A stretch of DNA of 64,000 nt from Promethearchaeota archaeon (GCA_011364925.1 RDOA01000011.1:25478-89477); one strand, 5' to 3'. Positions 1-11,058 are shown, counted from the stretch's first letter. Notes: a model not told the origin generated them from the letters alone. A program made the numbers and translations.

Positions 1-989
1 ATCAGTAAATCGGGATTGTCATTTGAATTGGAGAGAAAACATTGCTTAAACCAATTATATGAAGCTCCTGTGTTTCCAGCGTGCCCTTCCAATAACCATT
101 TTCCTTTTAGTGAATGACAAGATGTCCAATAATTGCACGAGGCATCAATTATTGGCTCATTTAGTACAAGATCAATAGGGGCTGTTGTACCTAAACTGAA
201 TCCAATATCTCCTTGTTCAATTGCCCCCATACCTAACAATGTTGCTTGTGTATCTCCACCTGATTTTACTACGGGAATAGTACCTTGATTAAGATTAAAT
301 TTTTTAGCCATCTCAAGTTTTAATTGACCAACTACAGTTCCAGATTCGACTATATCTGGGAAGAAATCTGGATTGAAATCAAAAGCTTGTATAATTTCAC
401 TACTCCATTCTCTCTTTTTTATATCTAATAATTGAGATTCTGCTGCAGCAGAAAAATCACTAACATAGATTCCAGTAAGTTTGTATACCAACCAATCATC
501 TAACGCTAGGACTTTTCCTATTTTATCATAGGTTTCTTCCTCCTCTTCTCTAAACCATAACAACCTTGCTAGGCAAAATAAAAAAGAAGGACAATGACCA
601 GTTATATCAAACAGATCTCGCTCTATAAATTCGTTCTCTATTAAATACGCGGAATCTATTCCACGAATATCTATATTTGGGCCCCCGTAAAGTACTTTTC
701 CCTTCTTGTCTAAAAATACTGACGCCATCCTTTGAGCGCAAGTTGATATTCCTATAACTTTGGAATTTTGATTCGTAATTTTAGAAATTGCTTGGTTTAC
801 TCCTAAAATTAATTTGTTCCAAAGATCCTCAATGTCAAATCTTTTAGCAAAACCATCTAGATCTTCGTTAAAGATTTTAATAGTTTGACTGTTGGTATGA
901 ATTAATTTTAAATCTTCTGAAACTAAACCAACTTTCACGGAATTAGATGAAACATCGATTACGATGATAAAATTTCCATTATTTTCCAT
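1..989 (-). CDS. FGGY-family carbohydrate kinase (3' end outside window; possibly LsrK-like)
   Basis: Manual translation from ATG at 989: MENNGNFIIVIDVSSNSVKVG...GISTCAQRMASVFLDKKG...GPNIDIRG...LLWFRE...YKLTG...GGDTQA...SLGTT; FGGY motifs; not in the ORF track because it is truncated. Confidence 0.85.
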   Translation of the reverse strand, partial: MENNGNFIIVIDVSSNSVKVGLVSEDLKLIHTNSQTIKIFNEDLDGFAKRFDIEDLWNKLILGVNQAISKITNQNSKVIGISTCAQRMASVFLDKKGKVLYGGPNIDIRGIDSAYLIENEFIERDLFDITGHCPSFLFCLARLLWFREEEEETYDKIGKVLALDDWLVYKLTGIYVSDFSAAAESQLLDIKKREWSSEIIQAFDFNPDFFPDIVESGTVVGQLKLEMAKKFNLNQGTIPVVKSGGDTQATLLGMGAIEQGDIGFSLGTTAPIDLVLNEPIIDASCNYWTSCHSLKGKWLLEGHAGNTGASYNWFKQCFLSNSNDNPDLL

Positions 990-1015
990 AGTTTTCACTA
1001 GTTACAACTTCAAAA

Positions 1016-1657
1016 TTAGGATGAAGTTAGGTATTTCCGGACAACTTTTCCTCTTGGAGATTCCTCTTCAAACAATATTGCTTGAAAAGAATAAATTTTT
1101 GTACTTTTTATATCTCTCCACGCATCGGGTGAAAGCCATGCTTTAGAACAAGTATGTTGCAAGAAAGTTTCCACATCCCAATTCCTATCATAGTCAACAG
1201 GCACCTGTGGAAGTAATAATCCTCTACGCATACCTCTCTCTGCTATCAATCCATCTCGACCTATTACGATTTTTTCAATATACTCGCTCGGATCACTTAC
1301 TTCTATTAATTTAGGAGGAGTTAATATCGAAATTTCAATAATAATGTTATTCATTTCTTCAAGAGTAACTGGTGAAAAGCGTGAATCTTCTATAGCTGAG
1401 CTAACTGAAACCTTATGAACAACATCATATAAGGGGAAATTAGGCTCGATATACCCTATGCAACCTCTTAAAGGATTTCCTTTAATATTATGAACATTTA
1501 AAGTTACAAATGCACCATAGTTGTCTTTAAACTTATTCTTTAAATCGTCAGGGATTGTTATTCTTTTACTATTCTTAAGGAAAAATTCGATGTTATCTCT
1601 TGCAAATTTAATTAGAGTTCTACCATCCTCTAATGAAAATAAATCATTTTCTATCAT
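1016..1657 (-). CDS. AMMECR1-domain protein (AmmeMemoRadiSam protein A type)
   Basis: GAFVTL...LRGCIG, DSRF, EISILT, GRDGL, GLLLPQV motifs; ATG at 1657 follows GGTGA SD. Confidence 0.9.
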   Translation of the reverse strand: MIENDLFSLEDGRTLIKFARDNIEFFLKNSKRITIPDDLKNKFKDNYGAFVTLNVHNIKGNPLRGCIGYIEPNFPLYDVVHKVSVSSAIEDSRFSPVTLEEMNNIIIEISILTPPKLIEVSDPSEYIEKIVIGRDGLIAERGMRRGLLLPQVPVDYDRNWDVETFLQHTCSKAWLSPDAWRDIKSTKIYSFQAILFEEESPRGKVVRKYLTSS

Positions 1658-1718
1658 ACTTCCATTCACCGAAAACAGTTTCAGTATATAATAGTAGATG
1701 GTTAACTTTAATATTAAC

Positions 1719-3113
1719 TTAATGAGATTGCTTTAATATTTTACCATGAAATTCAGTATTATCATTATTTATTTCTAATCCACTTAGAAACACTTTCCAT
1801 ATATGAACCATGGTTTTATAATCCTCAAATGGAGTAAATTTTGCTTTTGTTTTGAAAACTTCCGAGTTAATAGGAGATTCTGGAATTTTTTCAACTACGA
1901 TTAAATCCGCGTCATAACCTTCCTTGATAAAACCTTTATTTCTTAGGTTAAATATTTCAGCAGGATTTTCTGAGGCAACATTTACAAATACATTCAAGGA
2001 CAATTCATTTCTAAAAACTTTATCCAATATAGTTAGGGGGTAGGTTTCAAAACCCGGAAATCCTGAAGGTGCGTTAATATATTTCTGTGCTTTCTCTTTT
2101 TGTGTGTGAGGGGCGTGATCTGTCCCAATTAAATTTATTCTTCCCCTTTTTAGTTCTTTAAATAAAAATAATGAGTGTTCTTTATCTCTTAATGGAGGTA
2201 GAACTTTCCCATAATTAGGATTGCTTAATTGTAAAGTATTATCTAATAATATATGGTGTGGAGTTGATTCGAATGTAATTTTTAAGTTTGGCTTCATATC
2301 TAATGCTTTTTGTATTAAAGAAAAACTATCAATGCAACTAATGTGACAAAAATGAATAATTGGATAATTCGCTGCGCTTAAATCTAAATCTGTTATTATT
2401 TTATAATAATTGTCTAAAATAAAGTTCACATATTTAGCCTCTAAAGAGACAGGATACATCATATTGTGTACTTCTAGAATTGGTAAGTTATTCAACTTAC
2501 CATTATTAAATATTTCATTCTTCCCTTCAGGAGATATAGGCCAATCTGGATGTATAAAAATAGGAATTTGCATATTAGAGGAGATATTTAGGAGTTTTTG
2601 AACATTTAAATAATTTGTCCAATCTATTCCGTTTAAAGAATCTAATGGATAAATCTTGAAACCAAAAACGCCTAATTGAATAATCGAAATAATTTCTTCT
2701 AGATTTATTTCATTAGGAACTCCTGCTATAAAACCTACATTAATTTTTATTTTATTTTCTGCTTCTTTCATCCATTTTTTAACTTGTTTTGCGTTTATAG
2801 CTGGTGGAACTGTATTGGGCATGTTAAAAACTGTTGTAATACCAGAAAACGCTGCTGCTAAGGTTCCAGATGAAAATGTCTCTTTTTCACTCTGTCCTAA
2901 ATCTCTTAAATGTGAATGAATATCAATTATGCCGGGTAAAATTATTCTTTTTTCGCAATCTGTTACAATCCCATCTTTATTCTTGCTGAGAATTGATTCC
3001 ATGGCGTTTTCGATCTTATCATTTATTATAGATATGATTTTACCATCAATGATAAGTAAAGCTCCATCTTGGAGTGAACCATTTACATATATAATTGCGT
3101 TTTTTAATATCAT
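1719..3113 (-). CDS. pyrC: dihydroorotase (amidohydrolase superfamily)
   Basis: PGIIDIHSHLRD, MPNTVP, GFKIY, CHIS, PPLR, GTDHAPH, APSGFPG motifs. Confidence 0.8.
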   Translation of the reverse strand: MILKNAIIYVNGSLQDGALLIIDGKIISIINDKIENAMESILSKNKDGIVTDCEKRIILPGIIDIHSHLRDLGQSEKETFSSGTLAAAFSGITTVFNMPNTVPPAINAKQVKKWMKEAENKIKINVGFIAGVPNEINLEEIISIIQLGVFGFKIYPLDSLNGIDWTNYLNVQKLLNISSNMQIPIFIHPDWPISPEGKNEIFNNGKLNNLPILEVHNMMYPVSLEAKYVNFILDNYYKIITDLDLSAANYPIIHFCHISCIDSFSLIQKALDMKPNLKITFESTPHHILLDNTLQLSNPNYGKVLPPLRDKEHSLFLFKELKRGRINLIGTDHAPHTQKEKAQKYINAPSGFPGFETYPLTILDKVFRNELSLNVFVNVASENPAEIFNLRNKGFIKEGYDADLIVVEKIPESPINSEVFKTKAKFTPFEDYKTMVHIWKVFLSGLEINNDNTEFHGKILKQSH

Positions 3114-3775
3114 CGATTAATTAATTTTTCAGAATTCTCTCTTTGATCAATTAAAAAATTAATGTATAATATTTTATTTTCAATCCCTTTTATATCAAAA
3201 AGGTTAGTATACTTAAATCTGTATTTATTATCGACAATTCTAAATAAATTAAATGAAATCTGTGAGTTTTGGGGGAAAGAAAAAATAAAACAGTAATCCC
3301 CTAAATAGTTAAATTCATCTAAGTTTTTAATAAAAAATAACGAATTTTCCTCAGGAAATCCGTTAATAATTATTACTTTATCATAATTTAGATTAGAAAC
3401 ATTTTTTAAAATTGATTCATCCTTAACTACTCTTTTAACAAAGATTCCCGGAGTAGAGATATGGAAATTTTTAGATTTCGTATTCTCACTGGAATATATT
3501 TTAGCCAATGCTCTCTGTAACAGTAATGCTTGAGATCTCTCATCTGAGCCTAAGTATCTTAGAGAGATCCCTTCAAATTTAATTAAAATCTGAAACGAAT
3601 CAATATAGATGTATAAATTATTATTTTTTCTTATTGAATAGGAACAACAGAATGACTCTCGTATAATTGAGCAAATATTATAAATATCAAGAGGAGTTCT
3701 TCCTAAATCGATTGTGCGTTTGGAAAATTCAGAAATTTTATCAATTAATATTAAAAAGTTAACCAAACTTATCAA
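3110..3775 (-). CDS. divergent TrmY/DUF358-like SPOUT protein
   Basis: LRYLGSDERS and STPGIFV match the TrmY N-terminal half; located next to srp54; C-terminal knot motifs are poorly conserved. Confidence 0.6.
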   Translation of the reverse strand: MISLVNFLILIDKISEFSKRTIDLGRTPLDIYNICSIIRESFCCSYSIRKNNNLYIYIDSFQILIKFEGISLRYLGSDERSQALLLQRALAKIYSSENTKSKNFHISTPGIFVKRVVKDESILKNVSNLNYDKVIIINGFPEENSLFFIKNLDEFNYLGDYCFIFSFPQNSQISFNLFRIVDNKYRFKYTNLFDIKGIENKILYINFLIDQRENSEKLINR

Positions 3776-3789
3776 TATGAATATTTAAT

Positions 3790-5166
3790 TTAAAAATTAA
3801 AATCTTTACCTAATTTGTCCATGAATTGAGCTCCAGCTTTTCCCATCCCAGGGAGACCCGGCATTCCCTTCCCTTTTTTTTGCATTTGAAGAGCCCTTTT
3901 CATAAATTTCTTCATTTGATTATATTGATCAAGCATTCTATTTATTGTGGTGTAGTCTGTGCCGCTTCCTATGGCAATTCTCCTTTTTCTGGTCTTTTTA
4001 ATGATTTTTGGATCATCCTTTTCTTCTTGAGTCAGTGAATTTAAAACTACTTCCCATTTCTCTAGGTTTTTTTCAGCGTCATCGGTTAAAGCCTCGGGGA
4101 TATTACCTCCTCCCATCATAGCTAAAATTTGTTTCATTTTACCAACCTTTTTTATGCTTTTTAGTTGAATATAAAGATCGTCCAATGTGAATTTACCTTT
4201 CATCATCCTTTTGACCAGATCTGGGTCTACATCTATTTCAGCTTCTTGTACTCGCTTAACTAGACCATCAAGATCAGGAACACCTAATAGCGTGCCCACA
4301 AAAGTAGTAGGATTAAATTCTTCGAAATCTTCTAACTTTTCACCTACTCCTATAAATCTTATCGATTGGTTAGTGGCAGCACAGGCTGAAAGAGCTCCTC
4401 CTCCTTTAGCTGTTCCATCCAATTTAGTGACAATAATACTTCCAATATTTGTAGCCCTCGCAAACTCCTCTGCTTGTGGATATGCTTGTTGTCCAAGACT
4501 TCCATCGATTACTAAGATTACTTCGTTAGGCTTTAAGCTAGCTTCAATATTTTCCATTTCCTTCATTAATTCCTTTTCTTCCTTGTGTCGTCCTGCTGTA
4601 TCAACTATGATAATGTCATACCCGTCATTCATCGCTTTTTTAGTTTCTCTAACAGCGAGTTTAATAGCATTTTTCTCATTTGGATTACCATAGCATGCAA
4701 CACCAATTTGATTGGTCAATTGAACAAGCTGTTCATACGCTCCCGGTCTCCATGTATCTGTTGTAACTGCTGCTACTTTGTATCCCTTACTTTTATAAAA
4801 TCGCGATAGCTTTCCAACAGTTGTAGTTTTACCTGAACCTTGAATTCCGACAAGTAATATTATATTGCTCTTTCCAGGCTTTATTCTAATGGGAGCGGGT
4901 TTTCCCCCAATTGTTCTAACTAATTCATCATGGACAAGTTTAATAACAAAATCCTTACGCCTTGCTCTTTTTAAATCAGTATTCATGGCATCCTTTTTAA
5001 TATTTTCAGTCATCTGAAAAACAAGTTCAACTTTCACATCAGCGCTCAGTAAAGCTCTTTGTAAATCTTGAATAATTGCATTAATTACCTCCTTATCTAT
5101 ATTAGGCAACCCTCGCAACTTACGCATTATTGTCTCTAAATCTTTCCCTAGTTTTTTGAAGACCAT
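3790..5166 (-). CDS. srp54: signal recognition particle protein SRP54
   Basis: GIQGSGKTTT, DTWRPGA, DTAGR, TKLDGTAKGGG, Met-rich M domain with RIAIGSG. Confidence 0.97.
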   Translation of the reverse strand: MVFKKLGKDLETIMRKLRGLPNIDKEVINAIIQDLQRALLSADVKVELVFQMTENIKKDAMNTDLKRARRKDFVIKLVHDELVRTIGGKPAPIRIKPGKSNIILLVGIQGSGKTTTVGKLSRFYKSKGYKVAAVTTDTWRPGAYEQLVQLTNQIGVACYGNPNEKNAIKLAVRETKKAMNDGYDIIIVDTAGRHKEEKELMKEMENIEASLKPNEVILVIDGSLGQQAYPQAEEFARATNIGSIIVTKLDGTAKGGGALSACAATNQSIRFIGVGEKLEDFEEFNPTTFVGTLLGVPDLDGLVKRVQEAEIDVDPDLVKRMMKGKFTLDDLYIQLKSIKKVGKMKQILAMMGGGNIPEALTDDAEKNLEKWEVVLNSLTQEEKDDPKIIKKTRKRRIAIGSGTDYTTINRMLDQYNQMKKFMKRALQMQKKGKGMPGLPGMGKAGAQFMDKLGKDFNF

Positions 5167-5304
5167 AATTAACCGACTTTTTCATTAATGTTGTAATAAT
5201 TAAAATAAACAAAAACTAATATTTTTTTTTAAATGATTATAATATTATATAAAAAAGAAATATGAAAATAAAAAATATTACTGATTAAATGGAGAAAATA
5301 TAAT

Positions 5305-5733
5305 ATGTCAATTCGTAGAACTGAAATTCAAAAACTTAAAACGGGTCAATTTATAATGGTGGAAGATGAACCATGTGTCATTAAATCCACTGAACGATCT
5401 AAGAGTGGTAAGCATGGACATGCGAAAGTCAGAGTCGTATGTGTAGGTGTGTTCGACAATAACAAGCGATCTCTCACAATACCCTCTGGTCACATGTGCG
5501 AAATTCCTGAGATAATCAAAGGTACAGCTCAAATTAATTTTATCGAAGATAATTCTATTAACATAATGGATTTAGAATCCTATGAGTCTGTAGATGTCAA
5601 CTGGCCAGTAGAAGAAGAATTGAAAACTAAATTGAAGGAATTACAAGTAAATCCAAAAAAGATGTCTTTAGCTCAAGTGGAATATTGGCAACTTGCTGGG
5701 AAAACTTTGATTAATAGAGTTATCGTAAATTAA
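5305..5733 (+). CDS. eif5a: translation factor aIF5A
   Basis: hypusination motif SKSGKHGHAK; MDLESYE in the C-domain. Confidence 0.95.
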   Translation: MSIRRTEIQKLKTGQFIMVEDEPCVIKSTERSKSGKHGHAKVRVVCVGVFDNNKRSLTIPSGHMCEIPEIIKGTAQINFIEDNSINIMDLESYESVDVNWPVEEELKTKLKELQVNPKKMSLAQVEYWQLAGKTLINRVIVN

Positions 5734-5835
5734 AAAAAAGCAAAAATTCTAGTCAAAAAAAAATCTTTTCTTAAATTTCTAAATTTTTAAAATGTAATAT
5801 TCTTGAGAAAGATCTAAAGAAGCAGACTGAGACTT

Positions 5836-6762
5836 ATGGACAAAAAACCAGTTTCATTAGCTTGTAGAATGGATTCCGAAAAAGCTATTAAATTAACTAA
5901 AGAAATATTTGAATTTTTAGTGAAAAATGGCGAAGTTGTTCAAATGGAAACCCGAATAGCCCCTAAAATCTTTCCTCATAATGCTGTAGACTTAAAAGAA
6001 ATGACAACTGATAATACTAAGTTTCTAATTTCCGTTGGTGGAGACGGAACCATCCTAAGAGTGGCAGGAAGTCTGCCAAATCGTAATGCACCGCCTATAT
6101 TAGGGGTAAATATTGGATCAATCGGTTTTTTAGACGAATCAAATGAAAGAACTGTATTTAATGATATAATTCGTGTTTTAAAAGGGGAATATCTTATTGA
6201 AAAATGTTCCAAATTGGCCTCATTTATTGTTAAAGATTCTGAAGAAATACGATTGGGTAATGCGTTAAATGAAATTTTAATTGTGTCATCAAAAAGCTCA
6301 AAAGTTCTTCTAGCCTCAGTTAAAGTTGATGGATGTTTTCTCAATCGCAGTTATCTAGATGGGATTATCATATCTACTTCTGTAGGCTCTACAGCTTACA
6401 ATCTGAGTGCAGGAGGTGCGATCGTTAAGTCCACGATGGACTCTATGCAATTAACCCCCTTAAATAGCTTCGCTCGATCAGGTTTGAAACCATTAATACT
6501 TCCAATTGAGAGTGAACTTGAGATCCAACTTCTTAGGCAGCGATTAAGCGCAAAAATTATCATAGATGGCCAAAGAACCTTAAAAGAAATCCATCCAAAG
6601 ACTATTATTAGGATACGTAAAGCTAACTCTCACACAAGTTTTATACGTTTATCTAAAAGTATAAGCGATAATTATATTAGACGATTAAGAAAAAAAATAT
6701 TAGGAACCCTTCGTGTTCCTCTTGATGATGCAGCTGAAGAAGAATTCAATTCTGGTTATTGA
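5836..6762 (+). CDS. nadK: NAD kinase
   Basis: GGDGT, GVNIGSIGFL, ALNE, DG...STSVGSTAYNLSAGG, IDGQ. Confidence 0.95.
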   Translation: MDKKPVSLACRMDSEKAIKLTKEIFEFLVKNGEVVQMETRIAPKIFPHNAVDLKEMTTDNTKFLISVGGDGTILRVAGSLPNRNAPPILGVNIGSIGFLDESNERTVFNDIIRVLKGEYLIEKCSKLASFIVKDSEEIRLGNALNEILIVSSKSSKVLLASVKVDGCFLNRSYLDGIIISTSVGSTAYNLSAGGAIVKSTMDSMQLTPLNSFARSGLKPLILPIESELEIQLLRQRLSAKIIIDGQRTLKEIHPKTIIRIRKANSHTSFIRLSKSISDNYIRRLRKKILGTLRVPLDDAAEEEFNSGY

Positions 6763-7279
6763 TACAAATATTTTTCTAACTGGAATAAATTTTAATTATT
6801 TTCAAGAAATACTATTTACCACGCCAGCGATAATCAACGAGACTCAAGTCGAAAAGTATAAAGAACAAAATAGAAATCTATTACAAAGAATTGAATTAGC
6901 CAAAGAACTAGGAAAACTAATTATACAAAAACCTAAAGAATATTACATTCAATTAGTTGAAGAAAAATCTAAAATTACTGGAGATTGTAATGCGTTATCA
7001 AATAACGATCTCGAACTAATTGCATTAGCTTTAGAGTTGAAAGAAAATAATAGTCAAGAAGTCATTCTTTATACAAACGACTACTCCATAGAAAATTTAT
7101 GTAGTGAATTAAATATCAAATTCAAAACTTTATTTAAAAATGGGATAAAAAATAAGATATATTTTGAGGTATATTGCCCTTACTGCAATATAGTATATAG
7201 ATCTGAAGATTTAAATAAAAATTGCGAAAGATGTGGGTTAAAACTCAAAAGGCGTTTTTCGAAAAAAGAAAAATTATAG
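6725..7279 (+). CDS. nob1: Nob1 rRNA-processing endonuclease (PIN + Zn ribbon)
   Basis: VIDTN, LSNNDLELIALA, TNDYSIEN, C-terminal CPYC...CERC; start uncertain (6713 GTG, 6725 or 6728 ATG). Confidence 0.9.
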   Translation: MMQLKKNSILVIDTNIFLTGINFNYFQEILFTTPAIINETQVEKYKEQNRNLLQRIELAKELGKLIIQKPKEYYIQLVEEKSKITGDCNALSNNDLELIALALELKENNSQEVILYTNDYSIENLCSELNIKFKTLFKNGIKNKIYFEVYCPYCNIVYRSEDLNKNCERCGLKLKRRFSKKEKL

Positions 7280-7339
7280 TGCAAAATATATAGGAAAAAA
7301 ACCAAATTTATATTGAATTAAAACATAAAAAGATAAACT

Positions 7340-8395
7340 ATGGGCATTAAAATTAACGAGTTAGTCAAAGATGTTAAGAGAACTATTACCTTTGAAAATC
7401 TTCTAAATAAATACATAGCAATCGATGCTTTTAATACCATTTATCAGTTTTTAGCAATCATTAGGCAAAGAGACGGCACTCCTTTAAAAGATTATAATGG
7501 AAATGTAACTTCTCATTTATCAGGATTATTCTACAGAACAATCAATTTTTTAGAGCATAATATTAAACCTATTTATGTATTTGACGGAATTCCTTCTGAA
7601 TTAAAATTAGATACTATAAAGGAGCGGAGGAAAATCAAGGAAATTGCTAAGGAAAAAATGGTTATTGCTCAAGAGAACGAGGACTTTGGAGAAGCAAAAA
7701 AATTTGCTCAGATGACTTCAAAATTAGATACTGAAATGATAGAAGAGAGTAAAAAGTTATTAAGTTATCTTGGGATACCAATTATTGAAGCTAGTTCTGA
7801 AGGTGAAGCTCAATCTGCTTTTCTTGTTGAAAAAGGGGATGCTTGGGCATGTGCATCCCAAGACTATGACACATTACTATTTGGAGGGGAAAGATTACTC
7901 CGGAATTTTGCTGTGAGCAGAAGTAAAAAAGTCAAAAACACTACGGTAACTCTCGATATAGAATATATCTCTTTGTCAAAATTTCTTGATAATCTAAAAA
8001 TCACTCGAGAACAGTTAATAGAAATGGGTTTATTAATTGGAACAGACTTTTTTCCCGGAATTAAAGGTATTGGGCAACACAAAGCTCTCGATCTAATTAA
8101 AAAGTATGGTTCTATAGAAAATATTGTAAAAAACCATGTAAACATTGGAAATATTGAAATTGACATTGAAAAAGATATAATTGAACAAGTAAAAGATATC
8201 TTTTTAAACCCAGATATCAAAAAAGATTATCCAAAAATAATCTGGGAAAAAATAAATTACGATAAAGTTGAGGAATTACTGATTGAACAGCACAATTTCG
8301 CAAAACCGAGAGTCCAAAACGCAATTGAACGGCTAAAGAAGCAAAACTCATCTAAAACCCAAGTTTCTATTGATAGTTTCTTCAAAAAAAATTAG
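7340..8395 (+). CDS. fen: flap endonuclease 1
   Basis: IDAFNTIYQFL, YVFDG, EGEAQ, SQDYD, GTDF H3TH region, C-terminal PIP box QVSIDSFF. Confidence 0.97.
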   Translation: MGIKINELVKDVKRTITFENLLNKYIAIDAFNTIYQFLAIIRQRDGTPLKDYNGNVTSHLSGLFYRTINFLEHNIKPIYVFDGIPSELKLDTIKERRKIKEIAKEKMVIAQENEDFGEAKKFAQMTSKLDTEMIEESKKLLSYLGIPIIEASSEGEAQSAFLVEKGDAWACASQDYDTLLFGGERLLRNFAVSRSKKVKNTTVTLDIEYISLSKFLDNLKITREQLIEMGLLIGTDFFPGIKGIGQHKALDLIKKYGSIENIVKNHVNIGNIEIDIEKDIIEQVKDIFLNPDIKKDYPKIIWEKINYDKVEELLIEQHNFAKPRVQNAIERLKKQNSSKTQVSIDSFFKKN

Positions 8396-8479
8396 TTATT
8401 ATTTTAAAAAAAGGAAAAATTTTTACAAACTTATTATTTCATATTTATATATAATTATATTTTATGTACTCGATCGAAA

Positions 8480-10702
8480 ATGTCCGCTAAAGAAAACGAA
8501 AAAAGGGATACGAACAGTAAAGTTATAGCTCTACGCGTACAAGAAGCTAAAAAGAGAGATATAGGGCGAAATATCGCTCGGATTGATCAAGAAGCTATGG
8601 AGGAATTAGACATTAAAACGGGTGACGTCATAGCCTTGATTGGAAAGAAGGAGAGCGCAGGGATTGCTTGGCCAAGTTATCCTCAAGATAGTGGCTTAGG
8701 GATAATTCGTATTGATTCTCGATTAAAAAAAAATACAGGTACAAGCATAGATGAAACAATCCAAATTAGAAAAGTAACCGCATTAACTGCTCAAAACATT
8801 GTCTTAGCGCCTATTAGCGTAAAAATCAAATCAAACCCTCGATTTGAAACATTCGTGAAAAGGAAGCTACATAATTATCCAGTTACAATTGATGATTTTA
8901 TTTATATTTCAATTGGTATTAGCAGAGAGATCACATTCAAAGTTAATAACATCAGACCTGGTGGAGTGTGTATAATTAAACCAGAAACAGCTCTGCACAT
9001 TAGCGAACATATCACAGAAGATGAAGAAAGAGGTGCGGATTATGTTACCTACGAGGATGTTGGTGGTTTAGATCGAGAAATTCAAAGGGTAAGAGAAATG
9101 GTCGAGCTCCCCCTTAGACATCCCTCTTTATTTAAACGATTAGGAATTGATCCACCTAAAGGAGTATTGCTAAGAGGTCCACCTGGGTGCGGAAAAACAT
9201 TATTAGCAAGAGCCGTTGCTAATGAGAGCGAAGCATTTTTCATTTCAATTAATGGACCAGAAATTATGAGCAAATTCTATGGCGAATCTGAGAAAAAGCT
9301 TAGAAATATTTTTATAGACGCAGAAGAAAAAAGCCCTTCTATTATCTTCATAGATGAAATCGATGCAATTGCTCCGAAAAGAGAAACTGTTACTGGTGAA
9401 GTGGAACGAAGAGTTGTTGCCCAGCTATTAGCTCTAATGGATGGACTGCACAGTAGAGGGAGAGTAATTGTTATTGGGGCAACAAATAGACCTAATAGTT
9501 TAGATCCCGCATTAAGACGTCCAGGTAGATTCGATCGAGAAATAGAAATAAAAGTACCAAACGAAAAAGGGAGAAGGGAAATATTTCAAATTCATACTAG
9601 GAACATGCCTCTTGAGAAAATCTCTCTAAAAGAATTTGCTAACATCACTCACGGATTTGTGGGAGCTGATATTTCTGCAGTTTGTCGGGAAGCAGCAATG
9701 TCTGCACTTAGAAGATATCTACCCCAAATTGATTTGGAATCTGAAATAATTGATCCAGAATTGCTTGAGCAAATAAAAGTTACTAAAGATGATTTTGAAG
9801 AAGCTTTAAAGGAAGTCATGCCCTCTGGAATAAGAGAAGTATTTGTAGAAGTGCCAAATGTTACTTGGGATCAAATAGGTGGATTGGAAGATTTAAAACA
9901 AAAATTAATAGAGTCTGTCGATTGGCCCTTATCCCATCCAAACATTTTCGAACGTATGGGAATAACTCCTCCGAGGGGAATATTACTTTATGGTCCACCG
10001 GGATGCGGAAAAACGCTATTAGCTAGGGCAGTCGCTCATGAAAGCAAAGCAAATTTTATTTCAATCAAAGGTCCTGAATTGTTATCCAAATATGTGGGAG
10101 AAAGCGAAAAAGCTATTCGTGAAGTATTTCGAAAAGCAAAAATGGCTGCTCCTTGTATCATATTTTTTGATGAATTTGATTCAATAGCTCCAAGTAGGGG
10201 TAGATATACTACTGATTCAGGCGTCTCTGAAAAAGTATTGTCGCAATTCTTAACTGAATTAGACGGATTAGAAGTAAAAAAAGACATTATCGTAATAGCA
10301 GCAACAAACAGACCTGATATTTTAGATCCCGCTTTAATAAGACCTGGGAGGATAGATCGAATTTTACTAGTTCCCGCTCCTGACGATGCAGGAAGAGAAA
10401 AGATTTTACAGATCTTTACTAAGGATATGCCTTTAACAAGTAGCGTAGATATACTATCCTTAAATAAGAAGTTAGACGGCTACTCTGGAGCTGATATTGA
10501 AACATTATGTCGTGAAGCAGGAATGATTGCCCTAAGAGAAAACATGAAAGCAAGAAAAATCTCGCGAGATCATTTTAAATTAGCTATGGAATCGATTAAT
10601 CCAAGCATCAATCAAAAGATGATTAAATTTTATGAAAGTTTTGGAAAAAAATTAAAAAATGTAATCATAAGTCAAACAAAAGAAGATCGAATGGTCATTT
10701 AA
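8480..10702 (+). CDS. cdc48: Cdc48/VCP-family AAA+ ATPase
   Basis: N-domain plus two AAA modules (GPPGCGKT twice, [23 protein letters not shown]). Confidence 0.97.
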   Translation: MSAKENEKRDTNSKVIALRVQEAKKRDIGRNIARIDQEAMEELDIKTGDVIALIGKKESAGIAWPSYPQDSGLGIIRIDSRLKKNTGTSIDETIQIRKVTALTAQNIVLAPISVKIKSNPRFETFVKRKLHNYPVTIDDFIYISIGISREITFKVNNIRPGGVCIIKPETALHISEHITEDEERGADYVTYEDVGGLDREIQRVREMVELPLRHPSLFKRLGIDPPKGVLLRGPPGCGKTLLARAVANESEAFFISINGPEIMSKFYGESEKKLRNIFIDAEEKSPSIIFIDEIDAIAPKRETVTGEVERRVVAQLLALMDGLHSRGRVIVIGATNRPNSLDPALRRPGRFDREIEIKVPNEKGRREIFQIHTRNMPLEKISLKEFANITHGFVGADISAVCREAAMSALRRYLPQIDLESEIIDPELLEQIKVTKDDFEEALKEVMPSGIREVFVEVPNVTWDQIGGLEDLKQKLIESVDWPLSHPNIFERMGITPPRGILLYGPPGCGKTLLARAVAHESKANFISIKGPELLSKYVGESEKAIREVFRKAKMAAPCIIFFDEFDSIAPSRGRYTTDSGVSEKVLSQFLTELDGLEVKKDIIVIAATNRPDILDPALIRPGRIDRILLVPAPDDAGREKILQIFTKDMPLTSSVDILSLNKKLDGYSGADIETLCREAGMIALRENMKARKISRDHFKLAMESINPSINQKMIKFYESFGKKLKNVIISQTKEDRMVI

Positions 10703-10785
10703 TATTCATAAAATTAATTTGGGAGTAATTATTTCTGATCCTTGAATATATTTTTAATCTTTACTTAATTGATAGGTGAAAAATT

Positions 10786-11058
10786 ATCGAATCACAAAGA
10801 TGGAATCAAAAACCTATAGTTAATTCTTTAATCGATATATTAATCAAAAATAAAGGAGAAATATTAGATAAACGATTGGAAGAACTACTTAGAAAAGAAT
10901 TTCCCTACATAAATCCATTGATGCTAGAGGAATTACTAATGAAGTTAGAAAGCAGAAGCATAATCAATGTTTTTCGAGTTTCTAAAACGAAAAAAATGAT
11001 TGTACTTAACAAAAGAAATCAAGAGATTAAACCAGAAGTTATGGAAGAGCTAAACTAA
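10786..11058 (+). CDS. small winged-helix-like protein downstream of cdc48 (probable ATC start)
   Basis: Frame is open upstream of the TTG at 10876 back to TGA at 10777; SD AGGTGA at 10774-10779; WNQKPIVNSLIDIL...LMKLESRSIINV pattern resembles a winged helix. Confidence 0.65.
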   Translation: MESQRWNQKPIVNSLIDILIKNKGEILDKRLEELLRKEFPYINPLMLEELLMKLESRSIINVFRVSKTKKMIVLNKRNQEIKPEVMEELN

